Shown piece by piece: positions 27,801 to 39,800 of a stretch of DNA of 64,000 bases. Origin of the DNA: Klebsormidium nitens (taxonomy: Eukaryota > Plantae > Klebsormidiophyceae). The notes below the pieces were generated by a model. It was not told the origin of the DNA. It did no database searches and worked only from the letters and a program-made list of their open reading frames with translations. The number at the start of each line of letters is the position of its first letter. Positions within the stretch are counted from its first letter, which is position 1. The stretch is taken from positions 124,001 through 188,000 of the forward strand of contig DF236983.1 in assembly GCA_000708835.1 (NCBI GenBank). The letters are read 5' to 3'. The position numbers and the translations under genes are program-made.

Positions 27801-30800
27801 GTGCTATCGTCTGATGATTTAAAACCCTGAAGAAGCGAGCCCGTTTCGCTAGATTCAGAGCGTTTCGAGACTTGACAGACCAAGACAAAGGAACCGTCAA
27901 GCCATCCCAACGGTGGCGAAGGCAGAAAACAGGAAAAATATCAAGCAGGGTACAAGTGGAGAAGGTTTGAAAACATTATATGACAATATGCATCCTGACC
28001 TGGAATTGCGCGCTCAGCACCAACTCTGGCAGCTTCTGGAAGAGCTTCTCCGCTGACGTCAGCGTGAAGTAAGCCTCCTGCCACATGGGCGCCGCGGGCT
28101 GGCCGTCATCCGAGGGGGATCCCTCCTCTGCTGCCGCCTCGGGGGATCCCTCGAGCGCGTTCTGGCAGCGGTCGAGCATCGCGAGCGCCGCGGCGCGCCA
28201 GGCTGCCACGTGGCGCTTGAAGGCAGGGCCGAGGACCTCGACACCGAAGCCCAGCACCTGCGGATGGGTCAAGAACAAGTTTCAGGAAAGATGAATGCAG
28301 AAACATGATTTTTGGATCAGCAAAGTTGGCAAAGCTTAGGAATAATGCTGACAGCTTGACAGCATTAAAAACCGAACCGGAGGTTAAGAATTTGAAGAAG
28401 TCGAAACAAACACCCAAATATAACAGTCTTCCTTTTCGATACCAATCCAGTTTGCTCTGACCAAGACTTCCGCTCAAGCCAGATGCAATAGACAAGGATT
28501 CAGTGGCTCCGACAAGAAGGACCGGGGTTCAGTAACGGTCGGAAAGTAATCAGAATGTCCCAAGGAAACAAACGAAAGAGCTTTTGCAGATGTTCTGTGC
28601 AGGTAGGTCTCTCACCTGCGCGGCTGGCCGCCACAGCTCGCGCCTCTCCCCTCCATACCACGCCATCGCAAAATCGATCATCCGCTGCCGCGCCGCGCTT
28701 CCCACCCGCCCCATCAGCACTTTCAGAACCGCCCCCACCATCGCGCGGCACTGCTGCTTATCGTCGTTAACCAGGCGGGTAACTAGGGGGAGGAAGAAAA
28801 AGTCGCCGTTCTCGTCGACGATCTCGGGCGGGAACTTGACCAGCACCGCGTGGATCATTTCGAGGGCGGCCTCGCGGCCCGACGGGTGCTCGTACGCGAG
28901 ATTCGCGGCGAGGAACTCTAGGTGTTGCTGCAGGCGGCGCTGGCCCAGGGGGAAGTCTAGAAGGAACTGGAGGAGCGTTTGGCTGCAGAGCGTTCGGACG
29001 GTCGTGTCCTGGCTCCGGACCATAAGCTGCCCGACTCGTATCATAAGATCGTACATCTCGGGAACGACTAGTTTTCGCCCGACGATCGCTTTCAGCAGCC
29101 CGAACGCCGTCGCTCTCGTCGTGCCCTCCTCCAAGTCGATGAAAACCGGCGCAATTAGGATAACCCGCAGCTGGGCTTCGGAAAACTTGGCCTCCTTCCC
29201 ATAGCGCAGCAGGGTGGTTAGGAGCTTCAGGCTTTCCTGAAGGAGAGGCGACGCGGCACGGCCCGACCGCCGAACGATCACAAAGAGCCGGTCCGCAATC
29301 TCGGGTTCCGAAGTCCGGATCGCGGTTAGCGGCGTCCGGACCAGATAACCCAGATTCTTCATCGCGAGGGCAAGCACCGAGTCGTGGCGCGAGTCGAGGC
29401 ACCGGTTAAGGAGCTCGACCATGGGGTTAAGGAGCGGCGCCAGCTTCGGATCTGAGCCGTTGATCTTGTTCCGCTTGAAGCAGCTGTGCATCAACTGCAA
29501 CCCGAACTCCATCAGCATCTGTTGGTTAGGCACGGTTGGCTCCTCCGCGGGGCCCTCTAAAGCTTCCCGCTTCCCCAGGCTGATGCCCACTTTGTCCAGA
29601 ACCGTCTTGAGGTTCCCCCCCGTGGACCGCGCCTGCTTGTCGTCCTTCTTCTTCCTCTTACTGGCCGCCTGATCCGCCTCCCAGGTTAACCCGTCCTCCA
29701 CTAACCCGTGGGTTAACACCAAAACCTCCAGCCCCCCAGTCGCGGGGTTTTGAATCAACCCCGACGCGATGTTCCTCAGCATCTCGTCGAGCTTCCCTTT
29801 GATCTTCGGGTTCAGCGACCGGGGCAGGTTAGCCCTAACCACCCCCACTAACTCCCTGCAAACCGCCGCAAACCCGCCCGCCTGCGCAAGTAACCGCAGG
29901 CTCTCGTACGACATCGTATGCCGCGTCTCCTTCATCTTCTTCGCCAGCCCCTCCACGTCTTTTTCCTCTCCCGTTTCGCCCAAAATGTCCTCTTCGATGA
30001 TGGGAGTCATTCCTCCCAGGCAGTAGTCGATCTCGCCGCTCTTAACCGACGGCAGGGTTTTGACGAGAACCGCGTGCAGGGTGTAGCCGAGCACGTGGAC
30101 CTGGTAGCCGCGAGTGAGGCTCGACGAGAGCGTCTCGACGATGAAGTGGAGGTACCTGAGGGATTGGCGAGAAAGTAGTGAACACGGGAAGCCTGTAGAC
30201 GTCCTTCGAGACCGCTTTTCTCCATAGTCAACCTAGCCGATCAAAAGTCTGATTGTTGAACTCTGACGGCCTTTGGAGGTGCGTAGCGTGATGGTGACGC
30301 GGGCTTTGGAAAAACGAATCAGCATCCACCTTAGTGAACGAAACTAGAACGTCGGCCGGCTTCAAAGTCCGATGTTTTCGTGGATACGAGTCACGAAAGG
30401 AGGGAATGTCAGATGCTGAGGAGTGAGATGTTCAGTTTCCAGCACTCAAGGTGACGCTCGTGATCTCGTCAGCTTTCGAACCGAGTCAGCTTCAAGTTGT
30501 TGCAACTCTAAGCGATTCGCCCGCTCTCACCTGGCCCCCAGCGCCTGCGCCGCCGCCACGATGGCCCCCCTCGCCGCGTCCCTGACCCACTGCGCGCGGC
30601 TCTTGAGCAGGTTCGCCACCTCGTGCAGCAGCCGCGGCAGCTCCACCTCCATCGCGCGGGGGGGGAGTAACGCCAGCACCTGGACCAGGGCCAGCGTTAC
30701 CGGGGTGCTCACCAGCCCGTCGTCGCCCTTCTTGTCCGGCTCCTCGATCATGCTCTTGCGCAGCTCGGGGAAGACGCGTTTCAGCAGCAGGGCCTGGATC

Positions 30801-33800
30801 GGCCCCGGAACGAGCCTCCCCCCGGCAGACTTGACGCCCGCATTTGCTGGAGTGGCGGTTCCGGGCGTTTCCGGCTCCGTTCCGGTACTTCCCGGCTCCG
30901 TTCCGGTACTTTCCGGCGTTCCGTTCGCTTCTCCGCCGTGGGCGCCGCTTCCTTTTTCCCCCGCGTCTTTCTCACCCTCGTTTCGCTTCTGATCGCCATT
31001 TTCCGTTCCGTTTGACTTCGCAATCTGACCCCCCGTCTGCGCGTCTAGCCCCAAAGTCACACCGGGAGGTGCAACCGAACCCCCCACCCCGCCCCCGCCG
31101 GTTCCGCCCCCCTCGCCTACCCCAAGGACTGTCCCCACGAAGCGCTCCTCGTTGGGACCCTCCTCCTCGCCGACAAAGAAGTGGAACCGTTCCAGCACCC
31201 CGCAAACCGCGCGCACGATCGCGCGCTGGTGCGGGACGCCCTTGCCTGACGTCAGCTTGAAGAGGCGCATCAAGAGGCCGTAGTAGGTGCCCCACTCTAG
31301 TTGGCCCGCCATGGTGGCGATTGCGGCGACCGCGGCCTCGACCAGGTTGCCTTCCTTGTCGCCCTTGGCCTCGAAGAGCGATTGCGAGAACAGCGGGACG
31401 AAGATGGTCATCAGCGAGCCCTGCAGAACAGTCGTCGGAGTGATGTTCAGCAGAGAGAAGAATGAAGCTGTGAGAAAGACAAGCAGAACCTGCGACTTCG
31501 TTCAACCAAAAGGTGTAGGCACCTGATTGTGCCAACGGCTCAGTAACTAGCCCAAGCACTGCAGACCTCCTTCTCACATTCTTGAGGGATCCGACAGACA
31601 GAGATCACTATTACACAAGAATATTGCTTTCGTTCGAGTGTGAACGTGTGGTACGAAAGAAGAGGCCCGACCACCTAACCCAGCAACCCAGCAAGCACCT
31701 CAAGAATGATTAAACGCCGTCGAGCTCTTGTCGTAGCCAACCGAACCCCATGCACATGTAAACGAAAGACTGGAAACCTTGCAAAACCTTGGAACCGTGA
31801 ACCCCGAAAGACGTGAGACCATTTTAGAGTTCCGAACTGCAACAAGCCCCGGATCGTACAAACCATGCCCACCTGATGGAAGTGGCCCTGGTCGCAAAGC
31901 GCTCGGAAGCGGCCAATGGCGCGGATACGACGGTGGACCTGCAGGTGCACGATGTTGTGGAAAACGTCCGCCTCTAGATCGTCGGACAGCAAGCTGCGTA
32001 GGCCGGCCAAGGACGGGACGCCGGGCAGCCGTGCAATCATCTCCCTGCAACAGGCACAGTACCCGAGAGTGTGAGTTTAACAGAAAAGTGGACTGGTGTG
32101 AGAATGTCAAATGAGGATGCCAGGGTGAAGGGTCGAAATCCACCCCCTCACAACTGAGCGGACATACCGATGGCAGAGCGCAATCATTTCTCTGCATCGA
32201 GCACCGTGCGGGGAGTGTTTCAGGACGACGACACTAGAGACCGGTCCAAATTTCTCAACAAGAGATTCGAATGAAGGGTTACGAACTGGCTCTAAGGATT
32301 GACAGGAGGATTGCAGTGTGGAAACTAACGGTGACATCAGCGTTGGCTTCTGCGAAAGGGGCAGGTTCGGCCGAATTTCGCAACCACTGCAGTCTGTAGA
32401 TTTGCAAAGCGGTGTGGCGAAGGAAACCGCACGAAGTCGTAAATAAGGATCACACAGAGAAAACCTGCCCGGGAACAAGGAGGTACGGCAGCCGTTTACC
32501 CACCTGAACAGCAGGACGTACTCCCGGCGCACGACCAGGCTCTCAGACGCCAATCCCCTCCGGACATGTGGCAGCAGCAGCCGGGTTACTAGAGCCACCG
32601 CACGGGGCCCATCCAACGGTCCATTCTCTTCAAGCCCTTCCGCGGCCCCCGGTTTCCCTACGACCGCATTCACGCCCGTCGCCTCCGCCTTAGCAGCAGG
32701 AGCGCTCACACCGCTGACGTCAGCGTCCTCTTTGCTGAAGGCAGCACCTTCAACGTCGTCCTCCTCCATGACGTCAGCCTCCGCGCCGCCGACGTCAGCA
32801 TCCGCCGCAACGAGCCCCTCGTCAGCGTCGACGTCTGCCCCCGGTGTGCCGGACTCCGCTATTGTCGCCATATACCGGATGAACACCTCGATTGCATGCG
32901 CGGCGGAACTGCGCAGCGAGAGGTCGTCCTCTTGCATGTCGTGCAGGCACTGCCCAAGCACCAGCTGCGCTTCGAGCCGCGTCATCTTCTCGAGTTCTCC
33001 CGACTCTAGTTTCCCGTATGCGTCCAGCCGCCGGCCATAGTCGCACTCGTCAATGCCCGACGGGTCCATTGCGTTCAGGTCAGAAAGCAGACCCGCGACA
33101 CGCGCTAACCCAAGCTTAACCCCGCTCGAACCTGCGGCATATCCGTGGGTTACTCTAACCTCCACGGGCTGAACGGCCGACCCCTCCGTGAGTTGCATGG
33201 GAGCAGCCCTTGAAATTGCAGAAACCTCAGGTGAACCTCGCCCGGCTAACCCCTCCAACGCCCCGCTGAGCGCTTTCCTCGCCTCTCTGGTTTGCAGCGA
33301 GATGAAGAGCGGAGCCAGGATTGGCACGCACTGCGCCACGCTCTCGGGTTCCAGAACCCGACCTAAACCCTCCAGAACCCTGAGCGCCGCCGCGCACGCC
33401 TCCTCGTCGATCTTGCGCTTCCCCCCGGGTGACCTCAGCAGCGGCATCAGCGCTGACGTCAGCTGCGCCGCCGCGTCGCCACCTGTCACGTGCCGGCTGA
33501 CGGTGACCAGGATCGCGAGCTCGCGCCGGAAGGAGGGCTTGCGGGTTTTGCCGGCCCCAGGGTGATCCCTCTGGAGCGTCAGAAGTTGCTGGAGGTTGGT
33601 CAGCAGCAGGGGGAGGTGCGGCAGTAGCAACTGGTCCTCTGATGTTACCCCCCCCTCCGAATCCATCTCCAGCAGGTTTTCTACTATCGTCAAAACCGTT
33701 CCGATGACGCCTTGAGAGGCGCCTGGAATCGAGAGAACGGACAGCAGACCGGGAACTAGGTTGGGGTCGAAAGCCAGGAGTGGCGCCAGGGCGGGGTGCC

Positions 33801-36800
33801 GGCTCATGGCCAAGAAACAGGTCAGCAGTGCGCTGGGCTTGTCGCTGCTGGCGGAGTCGTTTCTGATTCGGGCAATGGGCCCCGCCATTGCGGCGAAGAA
33901 GAGCGCCCAGTAGCTTGGGGGAGCTGCTCTTAGGGTGTTTCGCGCCTCGGGTTCTAGGGTCTTGGATTTCAGGGTTTCGACTTCCGGGGCAACTAGAGTC
34001 GGGAAACGGGAGAGCACGGAGGAGAGCACACGCAGGGACAGCGAGCGAAGGTCCTTGTCGTTGCCTCCCGCTGGATGCGAAGAACCCGCTCCTTGCTTTC
34101 CTGGCTTCTCGCTATCTTCCTTCCGTTCTTGGCTACCATTTTGACCTCCATCCTCTTCCCGCCCATCCGTCTCATTCAGTCCCGCCTCCAGCGCTTCAGT
34201 CGTCTCGATCCCAACCACAGCAGCCGCCGGCACTTCGCCGCTTTCGTCCGTGTGGCCCCCCTTATCTGCCCCGTCTTCGACCCCCCCGTTTTCCCCCCCG
34301 TTTTCCTCCCCGGTCTCCACCCCCCCCGGAGTTGCCCCGTCTTCCCACCCCCCACTCCGTCCAGCGCTCTCCAGAATCCTCACCGTCACCCCCAGAAGCC
34401 CATGCAGGTACGGCCCCAAAAGAGCTTCCCCCCAGCTATCAATAAGCTCCCGCGCCATATGCAGAAAGCCGACGCGCCGTTTATATGGCACGGCCGCCAG
34501 CTTATCCGGGTCCACCCGCTCAAGAAACGAGGCCCCCACTCCGCTTTCTAGCTCCCCCTCCCACGTTTTGGAACCGGGCTCGGTTTGCAAGGCCCCAAAA
34601 CCCGTAACTGGGGCCCCAGTTCTAAACGCGGGGCTCAGGGGCTGTAATAGAAGCTTGAAGAACGGAGCGAGCTCGCGCGGGTTCATCCTCGCCAAGAAGC
34701 CGAGCACCGCTGCGCGCGGCACGCCGGCAGTCGCCTTATTGGTCTGCTTGGTCGCCTTTTTCTTCAGCTTGGGGTACATGATGTGGATCACCACGCGCAT
34801 CAGCCCCCCCCGGTGCTCAGCCAAAACGGCCCCCCCGTCTGGGCCGATGTCCCAATGTGTGATCTCGTCACGCGCCGTTTTGGGCGCCACCAACCGCTGC
34901 AGGTTCTCGGCGTAGGGAACTAGATCGGGGTCTTTCCAGTTGAGCAGGCACGCAAGCGCCGCCTGCTGGACGGCCGGGTCGCTGTCGAGCAGCAGCCGTG
35001 ACGTCAGCAGATCCTTGACCTCCGCTTGCCGGAACAGCGAGCGCGCATTCCGCAGCTCCTCGAGCAGCGCCAGCCAGTGCTTCAGCCCCTCCCGCCACGC
35101 TTTACTTCCCCACACGATACCAGAAACTGACTCTCCTCCCTCTAGTTCGTCCATGTCTTCGCCCACGGTTCCGACGGCCTTGGACGGGCCCCCAAGCCCG
35201 AAAGTCTTGCTTTTCGGGATGTGAGCGAAATCTAGAAGAAGGGGGACCACGTGGCGGCTGTGGGCCTCTGCCACGTGGGCGGACTGTTGGAGAGTCCTAA
35301 GAAGGAGTCCGGTGACGGTGGGGAGGTCGGTGCCGTCCAAAACAGGAGAAGCTGCTGCTTCGAAAGAGGTCTCGAGATCTGCGGAAAGCAATGGAAGGGC
35401 TGCAATGTCAGCTCCAGGCGCTTGAGAGTGAACAGCTGGAGTATCGGGCATTTTTGACAGCAGAGAAAGATTTCTCATTGGAACAGAAAGCGTGGCGTTC
35501 TGAAGCTCGCGAATGACCCGTGCTCTCTTGACAACGTGCGTGCTGTCAGAAGTGTACCACCACACACGTTTCCTTGCTGCTCGGCAACCTATTGAACTGC
35601 TTCCTTCAAAGAGGACAGTCGCGGTCGAAAGTATGCCAGCTTTGAGGCAGCCAAACCCAGGCAGTCACATGCTTAAGCAATTCTGAATCTCGAAGCTCAA
35701 AGCAACACGTGATCGTGCCAAACGTCGGGTTCACAGACAGAAACTCTTCACAACCGATCGGAGCCAGGAAAACCCCGGTCAGAGCCAAGCAACGCCAAAC
35801 GCTGTTCTGATGACATCAGCCGCTCACCTTGCACTGCTTCTCCGCCGTTCTCTTCATCCCCTTCCGTCGGAGCCCCCCTTCCGCCACTCTCCCCCCTGAG
35901 CCACGCCGCCTGCGTCTCCTCCAGGTCAGCTAACACCGCAGGCCACACCACGAGGGGCTCCTTCACACCCTGACGCCCCCGAGCCTCTTCCTCCTTCTGC
36001 ACAGCGGTGTACACAGGCACTCAGAATTATCAGGAGTCGGGCAGTCGGGCAGTTGGGCAACCAAGTCAGCGGGCATCAGAACCGATTGGGTTGGGTGGCA
36101 GTTGAAAACTATTTGGTGGTGGAATTGAACCCGTTTAGGTGGCCAACACAGTTCCACTCGACATCATCACTGTTTACTCGCAACAAACTGTTGCTCTACT
36201 GCTCACGACCTCAGGATCAAGTCCTCAGAGCCTGGAAGTCGTCAGCATGTGACGCGTTACCAGCATTATATGACGTCAGGTCCTACCTGTAACAGCGCAG
36301 CCAAGGTCTCCCTGGCCGCGTCCCACAGCAGGCTGAACCGGATCCTCAGCACGCCCAGCATGGCCTGCGCCAGCGGCTTATGATAAGCGGCCGGTAGCCT
36401 ATCGGCGACAGCGTGGACGCGCAGGCGGGTTATGACGGAGCTGCTGTGGCGGCAGTCCTCCAAATTGAGAGGGGCGGTCTCAATCTCCAGCACTTGCTGG
36501 AAAAGCTGCAAGCAGAAAACGAAAGCTGGGATTTAGACATGTGGTAATTTGGAGGCAAAGGGTGTAAGGGGCTAACCATGTAGCCGAGTGCACTTGCAAG
36601 AACTAGCAGCTGCTAAAAGGCTGCCGAAAGCGAAGGCCTTGTGGGACATCGAAGGCTCGTTTAAGGGAATCTTCAGTGGCAAGAGGTTTCGTAACCTACT
36701 TCGAACAGGTGCTTGGTCAGTTTTTTGTTCCCTCTTGCGCCAATGACCCTTTTCGACACAGCTACCTCTAAGTTCCTTTTTGACACAGCTAACTCAACGC

Positions 36801-39800
36801 TTTGACTGCTTCCATTTCCCCACCTTAAAGTCACGCGCTCCTGGCAAGTCAAAATCCTCACGAATGAACCAAGTAACATACGTACTGTGGTCGAAAGCAG
36901 AAACAAAGAGCAAACACAAGCAACACGTAGGAAAGCAAAAGGACAAGGATTTTAAAGAATTAAACAGGGCTCAAAGCCCTCACCAGATACGGCTCCCCCG
37001 TGCTCTGCTCCTCCTTTTTCCGCTTCTTGCCCACTTTCCCAGACTGCGTCTCCTCCTTCTCCGCAACGGGTGACGTCAGCGGGTCGAAGGCGCCAAGGAC
37101 CCGGAGAGTGGCAATGCGCAGCTGCTTGACGGGGGAGCGCAGGTTGGGGTGCAAGAGTTCGATGAAGGCCAGGCCGTCGTTTTGGGAGAGGAGGGGCCGG
37201 GCCTTGGACAGGTGCTTGGGGGACCTGCACGACAATTCTTGGTCGGTTAGACAGGTCTGCGTATGATAGACTTCTGCAAGAGCAGGGACAAGGAGAAACA
37301 GTGTCTGCACGATCGGGTCCGAGGACACCGGTGGAAACGTATTTGTGACGTAAGGCTGGCCCCTAAGTTGGTTCCAAGCATCGGATGGTCTCGAGAACGC
37401 AAGTTGTCGGTTCAAGTGACACCCTAAGTGGAACCTGCACGGGTTGAGCCTTGGTGTCTCCGAGGCACGTGGGTAGATTGAAGCCGTCATATCTGCGTCT
37501 TGAAGCATTAAAGCCTGAGGGCACCCGCCATGGCACCAAAGTCCGACACAGACACCGTACGTCCAAACGCGTCCCCGGCTTCGATTCTGCGAAGACTGTT
37601 TCTCCTTTCCGGGCTCTGAGAGACACTCGCGTCCTGGCGGAACATCTTCCAAGATGAGAGCTGGTTCCAATGGGAAACGAACGGTGTTTTCAGAAAGCGA
37701 CGGGAGGCTCACAAAGCTGGAGCGAACAATCGCCGACTCTCCAAACACCGTGCAGACCGTATCAAAAGTATCGAGGAAATGATGCCTGATTGTAGTTCCC
37801 GTGCAACAAAAGCGTCCATTGTCTCCGAAACCTCCAGTAGACACCTCGAGCAGTAACGGACGACTTGGACGGTTGATATCAACACAAAACTCGCTCAAAA
37901 CGCCAACGACAGGGAGACCCTTACCCTCTGATGATCCCTAGAAAGTCCGCCACAGCTGCCATAACCTGCGGGCTGCTGTATGCACTCTTCGCAAGCTCCA
38001 AGTACGCCTCCGTGTGTTTCACCAGGCTGCCCTGCTTGCTCCGCTGTAAGAATGCGGTGTGGACTTCAAGAGCCGCGCCCAAGAGCGCCTCGAGCCGCGC
38101 CGTCGCCTTGCCGGAGGGTTTGGAGGGTTTAGACGGGGGAGCGTCAGGTTGGCTGCTGCTTGTGCTGGCTGCAGAAAAGTGGGCGTCGTCGGTTAGAAGC
38201 ATGCCACAAAAGTTGTTGAGCGGATGCAATAAAAAAGTGATGAGACGACTTTTCAGAGCTTTGAAGAGAGGATCCACAACTCCACGGGAAAACACTCTCA
38301 ACGAAAGGCCAGCTTTTCTGTGTTTCAAGGCCTTGAGGAGACGTTGAGAATGGAAAACGAGAGCTGCTAAGCTGTCGTGACCACCTTCGGTACAAAGCGG
38401 ACTAATTGTGTGATCAAATCGTGAGGACGAAGTAAGCTCCATAAGATTTATCGTCGTTGCTTGCAGAGCAGCCTCCACAACAAAAACGAAGCGTGATGAA
38501 GCAAGCCGTACCTTGAGCATGGGACTGCTGCCTCTCCGCGTCAGGTTTGTCGCCGTCCCCCAGCTGCGCCCTCACACTTTGCACCAAACCCCAAACCCTC
38601 TGCGCGCCCGCGTCCGCATCGCCCTCCGCATACGGCAAAAGTCGCACGGCAGCCCAAACCTCCGCCAAACCCTGCCCCTCTGCCGCCGTATATCCCGCCA
38701 CCGCATTGGTAAGATATCGCACCAGATTCTGGTGCTTCCCGTCTCCCCCTCCTCCGGACTGAGCCAAAAGCAGGGGGGTAGCCAAGGGCGTGGGCTCGAT
38801 TCGCCGGCAGGTTGCCAGGAGCAACGGAAGCACGGGCGTCGGATGGCCGCCGATCAGACGGTCCAGGGACGTCAGCATCGAGTGTGCGAAGAACGGCAAT
38901 GAATATGCTCGGGCGGGGCTCAGGAGCGCTTGGAGAAACGGGATGAGGTTCCGAGGGTTGGAGAAGTCGAAGGCGGGCTGCCACATGGTAGCAGCTCGCG
39001 CCACGGAGGAGGGCCCTTGGCTGGCGCCCGCAATGCGCTCGTGGCTGGCGATTAACGCCAAGAGTAACCGTAGGGTTTCTTTCTGGAGCGTCGGGGTTTC
39101 TTCGAGTTCGGTCCCCAAACCGGGTGCTAACCCGGTGCCTGAACCATCTTTGGTGTTTATGAAAATCTGCGGCTGCAGCAGTGACTGAGCGAGAGCGAAG
39201 AGTGGTCGGTAGTCCAAGACCCGAGAACCCCGGTGGTGCTCCACAGCGTTGTTCAGCAGATGCAGCGCCCGGGCCAAGTCCTCCCGAGCACTCCCCCGGT
39301 CTGCACCTTCAGCTGCGTCCGAACCGCCCATTACTCCGTCCGGTTTGTCCGAAACCTTGTCCGAGGCGTCCTTAACCCTGTCTGGTTCATCCAGACCCTT
39401 CTCCGAAACCATCTCTAATAGCCCGTTGACTTCCCCTAACAGGCATTCCCACATAACCCCGCTCTTTTCCCGGGTCGTGTTCTGGCACACCCGCTCGACC
39501 GCCTCCGCGACCACCGCCACCGATACTGCTGCATTCGCGGCCGCGTCCTTCTGGGGGTTTCCTTCCGCTGCCATTGTCACCCCCCCGTTCAGGGTGGTTC
39601 TGTCCAGCATCAGTTGGAGGAGCTCGGGGGCCTTGCTATGGAGGCCTCCCTTGGCGCCTCTGACGGTGTAAGCGAGAAGAGCGCCCATGCCGGTTATCTT
39701 CTCTTCGGTGGGGTTCTTCTGAGCCTCCTTCATAAGGTGGCGTACACCTGCAAACGGAGACCAGGTCTTATAAGCTTGAGCAGCTAACTCGGGCATTAGA

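Noticed and set aside
36074-36171. Another C-box (GTGATGA) ... CTGA pair on the sense strand of a UTP20 intron
   Set aside because: No terminal stem beyond 2 bp, no recognisable rRNA or snRNA complementarity, and no paralog. Likely chance, though a snoscan run would be a cheap check.
25200-39700. Many long plus-strand and alternative-frame ORFs (for example 30423..30992, 34250..34915, 33888..34445, 28584..29204)
   Set aside because: Antisense or frame shadows of GC-rich UTP20 exons. The same applies to shadows over the PBZ gene (50547-52646), ASP5 and the last gene.
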